Shown in pieces: positions 54,632-63,543 of a DNA stretch of 64,000 bases. Where the stretch lies: positions 342,628 to 406,627 of the forward strand of contig JBNARF010000002.1 of NCBI GenBank assembly GCA_049719805.1. Reading direction: 5' to 3'. The first letter of the stretch is position 1, and each line of letters opens with the position of its first letter. Source of the stretch: Candidatus Hydrothermia bacterium (GTDB taxonomy: Bacteria; Hydrothermota; Hydrothermia; UBA1063). The translations under genes were made by a program, and so were the position numbers. Under the pieces are notes generated by a model that saw only the letters and a program-made list of their open reading frames with translations, had not been told where the DNA came from and made no database searches.

Positions 54632-55786
54632 TTAAATTCCTCCTTTCTCTTTTGCTTTTCTCATGGCCATCCTTTCAAAAATTTCCCAATTTCTTCCACC
54701 CTCTCCTCCCGAGGCAATCCCTTTCATCCTTAATTCAAGAACTTCTCTTTTGGATGCATAGGAGAGGGCGGTATCCTCCGAAATATACCCAAGTTTATAC
54801 CAATAATATAAGGATTGATCAAAGGTTTGCATTCCGTAAGGAATGTATCCATCAGCAACGGCATCGAAGATTTCATGAGTTCTCTTTGGATCAAGAATCA
54901 TTTCTTTTATTCTTTGCGTATTTATCATTACTTCACAGGCGGGGATTCTACCGGGCATGTCATCTCTTGGAATTAGTCTTTGGGATACTACTGCTTTCAA
55001 TACTGAGGCAAGCTGATGTCTAACTTGTTCCTGCTGATGCGCTGGGAAGATGCTTACAATCCTGTTTATAGTTTCTCTTGCGTCTAAGGTGTGAAGAGTA
55101 GAAAGAACGAGGTGCCCTGTTTCTGCTGCAAGCAAAGCTATTTCTGCTGTTTCTTGATCCCTTATTTCACCCACCATAATTACATTAGGATCCTGTCTCA
55201 GGGCTTCCCTGAGCCCGTCGGCAAAACTTAAGACATCAAGACCCACTTCTCTTTGGCTTATTATACTTTTCACATCCCTCAACAAGTACTCTATAGGATC
55301 TTCGATGGTAACTATGTGAACAGATTTATTAATATTTATATAGTTTATCATTGCGGCGAGGGTAGTGGATTTTCCAGAGCCAGCAACTCCTGTGACGAGA
55401 ACAAGACCCCTGTCCTCCATCGCGATTCTTTCAAGGCATGCAGGCAAATTCAGTTCCTGTATGGTCTTTATCAAGGGGGGAATTGCTCTTATTGCAAAGG
55501 ACCATGTACCTCTCTGACTAAAAATATTTACTCTGAATCTTCCGATGTTAGGGAAACTAAAAGCAACGTCAACGCTCAAACGTTCTCTTAGTTCCTTCTG
55601 TTTTGACGGTGAGAGGTAAACCCTTATTAGCTCCTCGGTATCTTCTCTTGTCACGACAGGATAATTGTCTCTCATGTAGAGTTTCCCGTAGATTCTGAAA
55701 ATAGGAGGATGGCCTACTTTTATATGTACGTCTGATGCTTCTCTTTCTTTTGCATCTAGAAGAAGCCTTTCAAGATCAATTCCCAT
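54632..55786 (-). CDS. pilT: type IV pilus retraction ATPase PilT-like, with a C-terminal extension
   Basis: Walker A GVAGSGKSTT, HIVTIEDPIEY, MVGEIRD, His box GHLVLSTLHT. 384 aa, about 40 aa longer than the PilT proteins I know. Confidence 0.85.
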   Translation of the reverse strand: MGIDLERLLLDAKEREASDVHIKVGHPPIFRIYGKLYMRDNYPVVTREDTEELIRVYLSPSKQKELRERLSVDVAFSFPNIGRFRVNIFSQRGTWSFAIRAIPPLIKTIQELNLPACLERIAMEDRGLVLVTGVAGSGKSTTLAAMINYININKSVHIVTIEDPIEYLLRDVKSIISQREVGLDVLSFADGLREALRQDPNVIMVGEIRDQETAEIALLAAETGHLVLSTLHTLDARETINRIVSIFPAHQQEQVRHQLASVLKAVVSQRLIPRDDMPGRIPACEVMINTQRIKEMILDPKRTHEIFDAVADGYIPYGMQTFDQSLYYWYKLGYISEDTALSYASKREVLELRMKGIASGGEGGRNWEIFERMAMRKAKEKGGI

Positions 55787-55795
55787 AGTTTATTA

Positions 55796-55824
55796 ATTTT
55801 AATTTTAAGTCTTAATTAAGTCAA
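55796..55824 (-). promoter_or_regulatory. candidate promoter giving a near-leaderless pilT-mglB mRNA
   Basis: On the minus strand, TTGACT (55824-55819), 17 nt, TAAAAT (55801-55796), 9 nt, ATG 55786. No SD. Confidence 0.45.
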
Positions 55825-55848
55825 TTAGTTTTGTTATTTATGGCTTGT

Positions 55849-57132
55849 TTATTTAGTCTTACTGGGATTTTCAAAGGAATTTTCTATTAAAACAGGAGTT
55901 CCCATAAAGCCAAAAAATTCCCGGAGTTTGTTTTCAATAAACTTTATTTCGTTGCTTTTCATCTTTCTATCAGTTGTTATGATGAATTTAGGGGGCATTA
56001 TATCTACTTGTCGGAATTTGAAAATTTGGGTTGAGAAAGGATAATTTTTCTCAAGAAAACTTATAAATGAATTTATTTCAGCCTTTGTTAGTTTCCTTTG
56101 CCAGTTTTCACGAGCGTTTTTCACCACTTCTTTCAGGATGTTTACGCCTTCACCTGTAATCGTTGAGGTGTATAAAAAAGGGGCGTAATTAATAAATTGT
56201 AGTTCTGATTTGAAATATTGTAATATTTTTGCACGGTCTTCTTTTTTTATTAGATCTAATTTATTTATGGTCACAACTATTGCGCGCCCATTTTCTACTA
56301 TCAGGTTGGCAATTTTCTTATCAAGATTCGAAATTTCCTGTGAGGCATCGAGTACGAGAATCCCCACCTCCGCAAATCTTATAGATTGCTCGCTTCTCAA
56401 AGCACCATAGAGTTCTACCGGGTCGCTGTATTTTTTTCTGATTCCCGCTGTATCAACGATTATAAAATCTTCTGTTTCAATATCGATGGAGTCCCTTGTA
56501 GTACCCGGGATTGGTGAGACTATGGCTTCATCTAAACCGCAGAGTCTATTAAAAAGGGAACTTTTCCCAACATTGGGCTTTCCTAGGATAGCAATTCTCG
56601 GCTTTGAAGATTTCTCGGTTTTTTTCTCAGAATATCCTAATGTTTTGAGTTTTTCTGTAATGATATCCAGTAGTTCCTGAAGGCCTTTACCGTGCGCAGC
56701 TGAAATAGAAAGTGGATCACCAAAGCCCAGAGAATAAGCTGAAAATAGGTCGTGTTTTTTTATGTCAATTTTGTTTGCCACAAGGATTACCTCTTTTCCT
56801 TTTTTTCTAAGCCACTCTGAGATCTCCTGGTCGTAGGGTAAAACTCCTTCCGAGGCATCAATTACAAAAATAATGATATCTGACTCTGTTACAGTCTGAT
56901 CAATTTTTTCCTTTACTTTTTCCCAAATTTGGTCCTCTTCTGGAGGATAAAGACCTCCTGTATCCGTGAGATAAAAAGGAATATCTACATAATCAACCAA
57001 TTTTTTTATTCGATCCCTGGTGAGGCCAGGTTTAGCGTCGGTAATTGCTAAGGGCTTTTTAATTAATTTATTAAATAAAGTGGATTTGCCAGTGTTTACT
57101 CTTCCTACGATGGAAACCATGGGTATCTTCAT
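55849..57132 (-). CDS. der: ribosome-associated GTPase Der (EngA), double G-domain
   Basis: Two P-loops (GRVNTGKST, GKPNVGKSS), two DTGG/DTAG motifs, NKxD motifs, and a KH-like C-terminus. Confidence 0.95.
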   Translation of the reverse strand: MKIPMVSIVGRVNTGKSTLFNKLIKKPLAITDAKPGLTRDRIKKLVDYVDIPFYLTDTGGLYPPEEDQIWEKVKEKIDQTVTESDIIIFVIDASEGVLPYDQEISEWLRKKGKEVILVANKIDIKKHDLFSAYSLGFGDPLSISAAHGKGLQELLDIITEKLKTLGYSEKKTEKSSKPRIAILGKPNVGKSSLFNRLCGLDEAIVSPIPGTTRDSIDIETEDFIIVDTAGIRKKYSDPVELYGALRSEQSIRFAEVGILVLDASQEISNLDKKIANLIVENGRAIVVTINKLDLIKKEDRAKILQYFKSELQFINYAPFLYTSTITGEGVNILKEVVKNARENWQRKLTKAEINSFISFLEKNYPFSTQIFKFRQVDIMPPKFIITTDRKMKSNEIKFIENKLREFFGFMGTPVLIENSFENPSKTK

Positions 57133-57650
57133 GGCAGGTTCTCTCTCAAAATATTTTTTAATTCCTGGATTGAGTGCAAAATCCTTACGCCTTCAAAGTT
57201 TTGAAGTTTTTTCAGATTTTCCATATCTATGGCACGCATATATAGTATGTGATTTTTACCGGACTTTGTTGTAAATTCCATTATTTCTTTAATGTCGCTG
57301 GGCAAAATATATATTGGCATTCTAAGTTTACCACCTTGACTAAAGATGTTCGTCACAAGATTATCACTTATTCCATGTACCATTTTCGCTATAGTATTTG
57401 TGGTACAGGGTGCGATGACAATAAAGTCATACCTTCCTGTGAAAAGTTTTATAACCTGAAACACGTTGGTCTCAGTATCCTCGTAGACTTTAAAGTCCAT
57501 TAATTGTTCCAGTAATTTATATCTTGAGAGGATTTCCTTTGCAGATCTGCTTAGAAAAATGTCAACTTTATCTGACCCGAGGTTTTTTATTATATTTACA
57601 ACCTCATAGAGAAACATTTCTGCACCTGTTATGCACCAGGCAATTCTCAT
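57129..57650 (-). CDS. flavoprotein of the HFCD/Flavoprotein (PF02441-like) family
   Basis: RIAWCITGA and IAPCTTNTIAKMVHGISDNLV resemble dipicolinate synthase B and archaeoflavoprotein-type proteins. Start at ATG 57650 (ATGA overlap with the M50 gene), not the track start at 57683. Confidence 0.6.
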   Translation of the reverse strand: MRIAWCITGAEMFLYEVVNIIKNLGSDKVDIFLSRSAKEILSRYKLLEQLMDFKVYEDTETNVFQVIKLFTGRYDFIVIAPCTTNTIAKMVHGISDNLVTNIFSQGGKLRMPIYILPSDIKEIMEFTTKSGKNHILYMRAIDMENLKKLQNFEGVRILHSIQELKNILRENLP

Positions 57651-58681
57651 GGTACCACCTTTATAGGTGTTGGAGTAAAACAAAGTATAAAAATAATTAA
57701 AGACAATGCTGAAAGTACATTACAGGAAAGGGGTAATTTTTCCTCGGAGTAAAGGGGTTCAGGATGCCTTGTGCCAAGAATTATAAGCAAGATACCCCAT
57801 ACCCACCACCCACTCCATAAAAAGCCGAGGGGTATTAATATTAAAGTTATTACTCTCGATATTATATTATGGGCTTTTTTCCCAAGGATACCAAAAAGTA
57901 TATGCCCACCATCTAATTGACCTACGGGTAAAAGATTCAGTGCAGTTACAAAAAAGCCTATCCAACCTGCAAAGGCCATAGGATGCAAAACCAGTGCCTG
58001 GTTCTGGGGCACTTTCCCCACCGTGGCGTAAGAGAGAAGTTGGAAGATCAGAGGATTTCCGAGGGCAATTAGTCCCTCTTTATATTCCATAACTTTACTA
58101 AGGGAAAGCCCAATTATAGTAACAGGAATTGAGGTGAGGAAACTCATTATAGGTCCAGCAGCTCCTATTCTAATAAGAGCCTTTCTGTCGGTGATTGGAG
58201 ATTTTATCCTTATGAATGCCCCTAATGTGCCAAGTAATGGATTTGGAGCCGGAATAAAATGGGGCAGTGTTGATGCGACGCCACTTTTTCTTGAAACAAT
58301 GTAGTGGCCTAACTCATGAAGTCCCAAAATAAGAAGGAGTGAGATTGAAAATGGTAATCCCTTGAAAAGGTATCTCCAGTTTTGCCATGGAACATAGCCC
58401 TGTTGTAGGGCCCCAGCCACTAGGGTAGTAAAAAGTGTTAATAAGAAGAGAATAAGGGGCATTACGTAATTGTTTGGTGGTACCTTAAATTTGAAAAGTT
58501 CTATGTAATAATAATCGCTATCTCGAGAGATTTTAATTATCAGATCTTGTTCTTTTAGTGCTTGTTTAATTTTCTGGATAGAAAGGTCAGGATCTTCATG
58601 AAAAATCAATTTGATTTTGTTTCCTTCAATTTCTATAATGCTACCGAATTTTTCAATTTCTTTAATTATTCCCTCATCCAT
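57647..58681 (-). CDS. M50-family site-2 metalloprotease
   Basis: Polytopic membrane protein with HELGHY (HExxH) and NLLPVGQLDGGH motifs. Confidence 0.85.
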   Translation of the reverse strand: MDEGIIKEIEKFGSIIEIEGNKIKLIFHEDPDLSIQKIKQALKEQDLIIKISRDSDYYYIELFKFKVPPNNYVMPLILFLLTLFTTLVAGALQQGYVPWQNWRYLFKGLPFSISLLLILGLHELGHYIVSRKSGVASTLPHFIPAPNPLLGTLGAFIRIKSPITDRKALIRIGAAGPIMSFLTSIPVTIIGLSLSKVMEYKEGLIALGNPLIFQLLSYATVGKVPQNQALVLHPMAFAGWIGFFVTALNLLPVGQLDGGHILFGILGKKAHNIISRVITLILIPLGFLWSGWWVWGILLIILGTRHPEPLYSEEKLPLSCNVLSALSLIIFILCFTPTPIKVVP

Positions 58682-60134
58682 TGTAAACCTTTCTTCCGTT
58701 TATGAAAACGGCTTTAACTTTTTCTAATTTTTCGTCCATTACAACAAAATCTGCTTTGTAGCCATGCGCTATTTTTCCGATATCCCCCTCATCGAAAGTT
58801 AAATAAGCACCGTACTCAGTATATCTTGAAATAGCTTCCTCAATATCTATTCTCTCTTCCTGAATTGGGTGATTAATAGCCGACTTGATGCCAAAAAGGG
58901 GAGAAGGTGGCATTGCATCGGAACCAAAAGCGTACCACACGCCTTCCTTAATAAATGTGTTAATAGGGTTATTAAATCTGTAAAAATCCCCCAGCTTTTT
59001 GTGGTAAAGCCCCATTTCCATACCCCAATTACCTGCGAAATTTGGTTGCATGGAAACTTTTATCTTTCGCCTGGCAATGCGAGGTATATCATCTCTATCG
59101 GGAAACTCGCAGTGTTCTATTCTTAAAAGTTCAGGTGTTTTTATTCTTTCAGCTATCTCAATTAATTTTTTTATGGCTAAGTTCCCAATGGCGTGTACTG
59201 CTACCTGTATGTTGTTTTCAAAATATTTTTTCAATATACTCTCGAAGTTATCAGGAAGCAAAAATAATCCCTGTTTTTTCCTTTCACCGTATGGGAAAGA
59301 AAAATAGGCAGACTCACCACCCACTGAACCATCAGCAAAATACTTCACACCCATGAATTTAAAAAAGTCGTCTCCCAGGCCACTTTCTACACCTGCTAAG
59401 ATAAGGATATCCGGTTCAACGCCCTCAACATAATATCTAACCCTTATTTTTAACTCGCCGTCTTTCCACTTTTTTTGTAAGAATTTGAAATTCCTTAACC
59501 CACCGATTTCGCTTATTGTTGTTATACCTTCTTTTATAAATCTTTCCTGAGCAAGATCAAATGCTTTATTCAGAAGCTCCATAGAAGGTGGAAACAGATT
59601 ATTAATGTGTAGTGGTACATCTTCTAAGAAAATTCCATCAACTTCTGAAATCTTAGAAAAATCAAATTGTGATCTGGATAAAATAAGATTTAGAAAAGGA
59701 GTGTTTCCTACCCCGATATGACCACAAACCCTGCGAAGAAAAATAGGTTTTTTCTTTGAAATTTTGTCAAGGTCTTCACGAGTGGGCAACTTTCCTTCTT
59801 TCCATCTTGACTCGTCGAATTCAGTGAATATGTAGACTTCCAGGTCTTGATTGTTTAGAGTATTTCTTATTCTTTCCGCTGCTTCTTCCCATGAAGTTGT
59901 ATCTTCTAAACTGTTCACACTATTAATACCGTAACCCATCATATGCGTATGTGTATCGATAAATCCGGGTAATAGTATCCCGTCTTCAAACTCGAAGTAT
60001 TCTGCGAAGTTTTTGAAAAGTTCTGCATCGCTTACAGGTACTATATCTTCAATTTTATCATTAACCACTATGGCAATTTTCCCCTCTTCAAACTTTCCAT
60101 TTACGAAGATTTTCCTGGTTTTAATAATTTTCAT
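58674..60134 (-). CDS. metal-dependent amidohydrolase (Amidohydro_3-like)
   Basis: GFIDTHTHM (HxH), AVHAIGN and FGSDA motifs. 486 aa. Confidence 0.78.
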   Translation of the reverse strand: MKIIKTRKIFVNGKFEEGKIAIVVNDKIEDIVPVSDAELFKNFAEYFEFEDGILLPGFIDTHTHMMGYGINSVNSLEDTTSWEEAAERIRNTLNNQDLEVYIFTEFDESRWKEGKLPTREDLDKISKKKPIFLRRVCGHIGVGNTPFLNLILSRSQFDFSKISEVDGIFLEDVPLHINNLFPPSMELLNKAFDLAQERFIKEGITTISEIGGLRNFKFLQKKWKDGELKIRVRYYVEGVEPDILILAGVESGLGDDFFKFMGVKYFADGSVGGESAYFSFPYGERKKQGLFLLPDNFESILKKYFENNIQVAVHAIGNLAIKKLIEIAERIKTPELLRIEHCEFPDRDDIPRIARRKIKVSMQPNFAGNWGMEMGLYHKKLGDFYRFNNPINTFIKEGVWYAFGSDAMPPSPLFGIKSAINHPIQEERIDIEEAISRYTEYGAYLTFDEGDIGKIAHGYKADFVVMDEKLEKVKAVFINGRKVYNG

Positions 60135-60137
60135 GAT

Positions 60138-60938
60138 CTAATAGAGGTAGTTTTCCGGGTTCACATTTTTGCCCAGATATCTGATCTCGTAATGTAGATG
60201 AGGGCCAGTACTAATACCGCTATTTCCAGAAAGCGCAATTATATCCCCCTTTTTTACAACCTGCCCCTCTTTTACGAGGATTTCTTTAAGATGACCGTAA
60301 TAAGTTTCATATTTTGAGCCGTGAGCGAGGGTCAAGGTTAAGCCAAGAAGCCTATCCTCGCCTATTTTTAAAACGATTCCATCGGCCGGTGCCTTTACCG
60401 GCGTTCCGATGGGAGTTACAATATCTATACCACTATGAGCTGTTGTATAGGACTGCGAGATATATCCCTCAACAGGTTTTCCCCTTGGCAAAAATCTTTC
60501 ATCATCATAAAGGATGGTAGCGTATTTTCTGAATTCTGATGAAACTTTCCCTAATGCTTTTCTTGCGGAATCGCTCAATGTATCATGTTCTGAGGGGTAT
60601 TGCTGCTGGCCGGAAAAGATCATCTCTTTCTTAGGAGCCTGGTCAACCCCGAGCATGCTCAAAATCTTCACTCTCAGTTCTTCAAGAGCATACAGTTTTT
60701 TCTCAAGTTCTTTTACTTTGGCGTTTTCCTCTTTTAGCGCTTGATTTTCCACCTCAAGGGCCCTTGCTTTCAATGCAAGCAAGTAAAGCCTGCTATAGAA
60801 CCCGGCAGAAATAAAAACTGCAATGAAGAATATAACAAGAAGAGCCCTTATAATTTTCCATCTTTTGTGGGAGATGTTAAATCTCTTTATAAAATCACCT
60901 GAATTTGAAGTAATTATTATGCTGTAATACCTTTTCAT
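60138..60938 (-). CDS. M23 (LytM-type) peptidase with N-terminal TM helix and coiled coil
   Basis: HSGIDI, GHL and GNSGISTGPHLHYEIR motifs. Confidence 0.88.
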   Translation of the reverse strand: MKRYYSIIITSNSGDFIKRFNISHKRWKIIRALLVIFFIAVFISAGFYSRLYLLALKARALEVENQALKEENAKVKELEKKLYALEELRVKILSMLGVDQAPKKEMIFSGQQQYPSEHDTLSDSARKALGKVSSEFRKYATILYDDERFLPRGKPVEGYISQSYTTAHSGIDIVTPIGTPVKAPADGIVLKIGEDRLLGLTLTLAHGSKYETYYGHLKEILVKEGQVVKKGDIIALSGNSGISTGPHLHYEIRYLGKNVNPENYLY

Positions 60939-60973
60939 CTCTCAATTTTAAATTTTGAAGTTTGTACAATCAA

Positions 60974-61771
60974 TTAACGTCCGATAAGTTTAGTTTTTAT
61001 TTCCCGGAATTTTGTCCACATAAAGTCCTGATTATACCCAAATAAAGCGTGTTTTAAATTGTTCTTGATTTTTGGATCCTTTTTGTATATTTCTCCAAGG
61101 AATTCTCTCACAATTTTTCTCTTGTTTTCATCCTCAGAAATACATTTACCTTCCAAATCCATGGGGATTCTTGCAAGGTATGCGTACTTTATTATTTCCT
61201 TTTTTTCTAAAAGAATTATGGGTCTTGAAATGTAATATTCTCCATTAAAAAGCGGTTGTAGGGGCATTAAGGTACTTATACCCCTGGAATAGAACATGTT
61301 TAGAAACAATGTCTCCAGAACATCATCGAGGGTGTGAGCAAGGAGAATCTTGCGCGCCCCTATCTTTGATGCATATTCTAAAAGCAATCTCCTTCTTTCT
61401 CTGGAGCAAACAAAGCACGGCCTAAAAGGTTTTAACCTTTTTTCAATGATAATTTTACTCGATGTATCTTGGATTATTGCAAAAATAAATCTCCTCTCTT
61501 CCACGAACTTTTGAATAACGTCGGCATTCTTTAGATTTTTCAACGAGTTATCAATGAAAACAGCGTGGAGATTAAAACTCAAATTGTTTTTTGCTTTATA
61601 GTGAAAAAGAAGGTCTAACATCGTTAAACTGTCTATGCCACCCGAAAGGCCTGCAACAAAAACGTTATCTGTCCCGAGAACATTGAGGAATGTGTCTGTT
61701 TTTTTTATCTTGGCAAGCAGTTTATTTCGAAACCTTATGAGCTCTTCGTGCATTTTAATATTTTCTTGCAT
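60974..61771 (-). CDS. ttcA: PP-loop ATPase, TtcA-like tRNA thiolation enzyme
   Basis: GLSGGIDSLTML (SGGxDS), CFVCSRERR (CxxC plus the RR typical of TtcA), and AHTLDD. Confidence 0.72.
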   Translation of the reverse strand: MQENIKMHEELIRFRNKLLAKIKKTDTFLNVLGTDNVFVAGLSGGIDSLTMLDLLFHYKAKNNLSFNLHAVFIDNSLKNLKNADVIQKFVEERRFIFAIIQDTSSKIIIEKRLKPFRPCFVCSRERRRLLLEYASKIGARKILLAHTLDDVLETLFLNMFYSRGISTLMPLQPLFNGEYYISRPIILLEKKEIIKYAYLARIPMDLEGKCISEDENKRKIVREFLGEIYKKDPKIKNNLKHALFGYNQDFMWTKFREIKTKLIGR

Positions 61772-61790
61772 TATTTGCGAATTTATAGTT

Positions 61791-61818
61791 TTGCATAGCC
61801 TTTTTTTAACGTTATAAT
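61791..61818 (+). promoter_or_regulatory. candidate promoter of the 61845 gene
   Basis: TTGCAT (61791-61796), 16 nt, TATAAT (61813-61818), then AAAAGGGGG SD. Confidence 0.4.
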
Positions 61819-61844
61819 CATACGAAACGTGAAAAGGGGGTTTT

Positions 61845-62450
61845 ATGTTTAATTTAATAAGTTTATTAGTTTTATCAAGCTTCTCAATAGGATTTTTCGC
61901 TGACCCCTTAGCTCAAGGGGCATCTGTAAAAATAGGGACAAAAAGTGGGATAGTTTATTCAATTGTGACCTCTGGTAGAATTGGCGAAAAAAGGTATGAA
62001 TACTGGTTATATGATGGTGGTATGGATTCCTTAATAGATACTATTGGTGCTTTTCATTGGTTTAAGCTGGAAGTCAGAGCAGAGCGCCCTTACTTTGAGA
62101 GGAAAGGTGTGAAACTATATTTTCATGCTGGATTAGGAACTACATCAGATAGGGAATGGATTTTTAACGAAGGTACCAGAACCTGGAAAGAGTATAACTA
62201 CAAATCTGTAGGTGCTATAGCTGGAACGGGACTTTATGTATATCCGTTTCCGTTTATACTTGGCCTCCTTGAAACCGGGGAAAAGGCTGCCCGCAGGTCC
62301 GCCAGGATTGAAGATGGTTTCATGGTTCAGATCGAACTTATAAATCTATATTATCGCAGATTTTTTGGAGAAAGGCCTATTCCTGACTTTTTTAGGTCTT
62401 ATGACTATGGTGGCTTAGGGATGGGGATAGGAGTATATTACACTTTTTAA
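61845..62450 (+). CDS. hypothetical exported protein, possibly an outer-membrane beta-barrel
   Basis: Signal-like N-terminus, aromatic-rich alternating pattern, C-terminal GIGVYYTF ending in Phe. Confidence 0.45.
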   Translation: MFNLISLLVLSSFSIGFFADPLAQGASVKIGTKSGIVYSIVTSGRIGEKRYEYWLYDGGMDSLIDTIGAFHWFKLEVRAERPYFERKGVKLYFHAGLGTTSDREWIFNEGTRTWKEYNYKSVGAIAGTGLYVYPFPFILGLLETGEKAARRSARIEDGFMVQIELINLYYRRFFGERPIPDFFRSYDYGGLGMGIGVYYTF

Positions 62451-63003
62451 TAGCTGGTCTTTGCCAATTTCCTCCTCGTCTATATATAAGGACTAAACTG
62501 CAGGTAACAAAAATAAAGAATACGACGATGATAATGAATACATCCAAAAGAATCGTTCCCAATAGGTTAGCTTCTTATAAATCAAGGGTAATTGGAACTA
62601 AACTTTAGCAATATTTCCCATCCCGCGAGCTGATTACCTGTGGAATAACTAAAAGTGAAAAGGAATATCGGTGGAGAGGTTTGCTTTTTAAGTTTTCGGT
62701 GGAAGATCACATTTAGATATTAAAAACTTTCTAGTGGAAACAGAGTCATAGCAAGTGAAATCAAATCACAGTTCGGGCTATAATAGAAATAATTTTTTAA
62801 GTGAGTAACGTTTCTAAAAATTAAACTGTTCGCCCGGAAATTTCAGGGAATAGTGCAGATCCATCTTTTCGTAAATTAAGCATTGCTCAGTAGGTTACAT
62901 CATTGTTTTGATACTATAATACATTTTTTATTTTCTGCATTTTCTATTTTTGGGTTATAAATACCAACTCTTGGTGCAATTATTATTGTAAAATAGCGTT
63001 CGC

Positions 63004-63032
63004 TTGACTATACAGGATCTTTAACTTAGAAT
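63004..63032 (+). promoter_or_regulatory. candidate promoter of tRNA-Phe
   Basis: TTGACT (63004-63009), 17 nt, TAGAAT (63027-63032), 12 nt before the mature tRNA 5' end. Confidence 0.5.
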
Positions 63033-63044
63033 TTAGATCAACCT

Positions 63045-63117
63045 GCCGGGGTAGCTCAGTAGGTAGAGCACAGGACTGAAAATCCTGGTGTCCCCAGTTC
63101 GATTCTGGGCCCCGGCA
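63045..63117 (+). tRNA. tRNA-Phe (anticodon GAA), CCA not encoded
   Basis: GCCGGGGTAGCTCAGTAGGTAGAGCACAGGACTGAAAATCCTGGTGTCCCCAGTTCGATTCTGGGCCCCGGCA. Perfect cloverleaf with anticodon loop CTGAAAA. Confidence 0.93.
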
Positions 63118-63280
63118 TTTTTATTTTGCGTAGTCATCCAGAAATAATTTAAAACGCTAGCACGACTGCCGCATAATTCTCAACCGGCTTTTCTGTTTTG
63201 TCAAATATTCGAATAAATAAGCAAAGTCTACCTTTAAATTTTTTGGTTAAAACGGAATTTATTGATTTAACGAATTGAAA

Positions 63281-63451
63281 TTAGCCTATATTTATATCTT
63301 TTTCTGACCACTCAATGTCCTTAGAAGATTCTGAAGACCACTGAAGATACTGAATCAGGGTGTACACTATAAAAGCAATAACCACAACCAATATAGGGAT
63401 TAATATATATCCTATTTTGGACTTAGGTTCTTTTTTTGCTTCAGCCCCCAT
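63281..63451 (-). CDS. small (56 aa) single-TM hypothetical protein, below the ORF-track length cutoff
   Basis: On the minus strand, AGGAGGG SD 5 nt before ATG 63451. Encodes MGAEAKKEPKSKIGYILIPILVVVIAFIVYTLIQYLQWSSESSKDIEWSEKDINIG*. Confidence 0.45.
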   Translation of the reverse strand: MGAEAKKEPKSKIGYILIPILVVVIAFIVYTLIQYLQWSSESSKDIEWSEKDINIG

Positions 63452-63543
63452 AAATCCCTCCTTCTGTTTAGTAAATTATTAATTTTTCTCCTCGAATAGT
63501 CAAGAGGATGTTGCTTAAGAGGATATACTACTTTTTATAAGTG

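Noticed and set aside
54362-55023. Plus-strand ORFs 54362-54733 and 54604-55023, and 55253-55591
   Set aside because: Antisense to mglB and pilT, whose products carry Roadblock and PilT ATPase motifs.
62640-62738. Periodic GTGGA motifs considered as a degenerate CRISPR array
   Set aside because: Only a 5-7-nt core is shared, the spacing is about 30 nt, there are no 25-40-nt direct repeats, and no cas genes are nearby. It is kept only as an unexplained motif cluster.
62765-62780. CAGTTCGGGC as a possible duplicated tRNA-Phe 3' end (the att site of an integrated element)
   Set aside because: It shares only 7 nt (CAGTTCG) with the tRNA T-arm. No integrase or other mobile-element gene lies in the interval.
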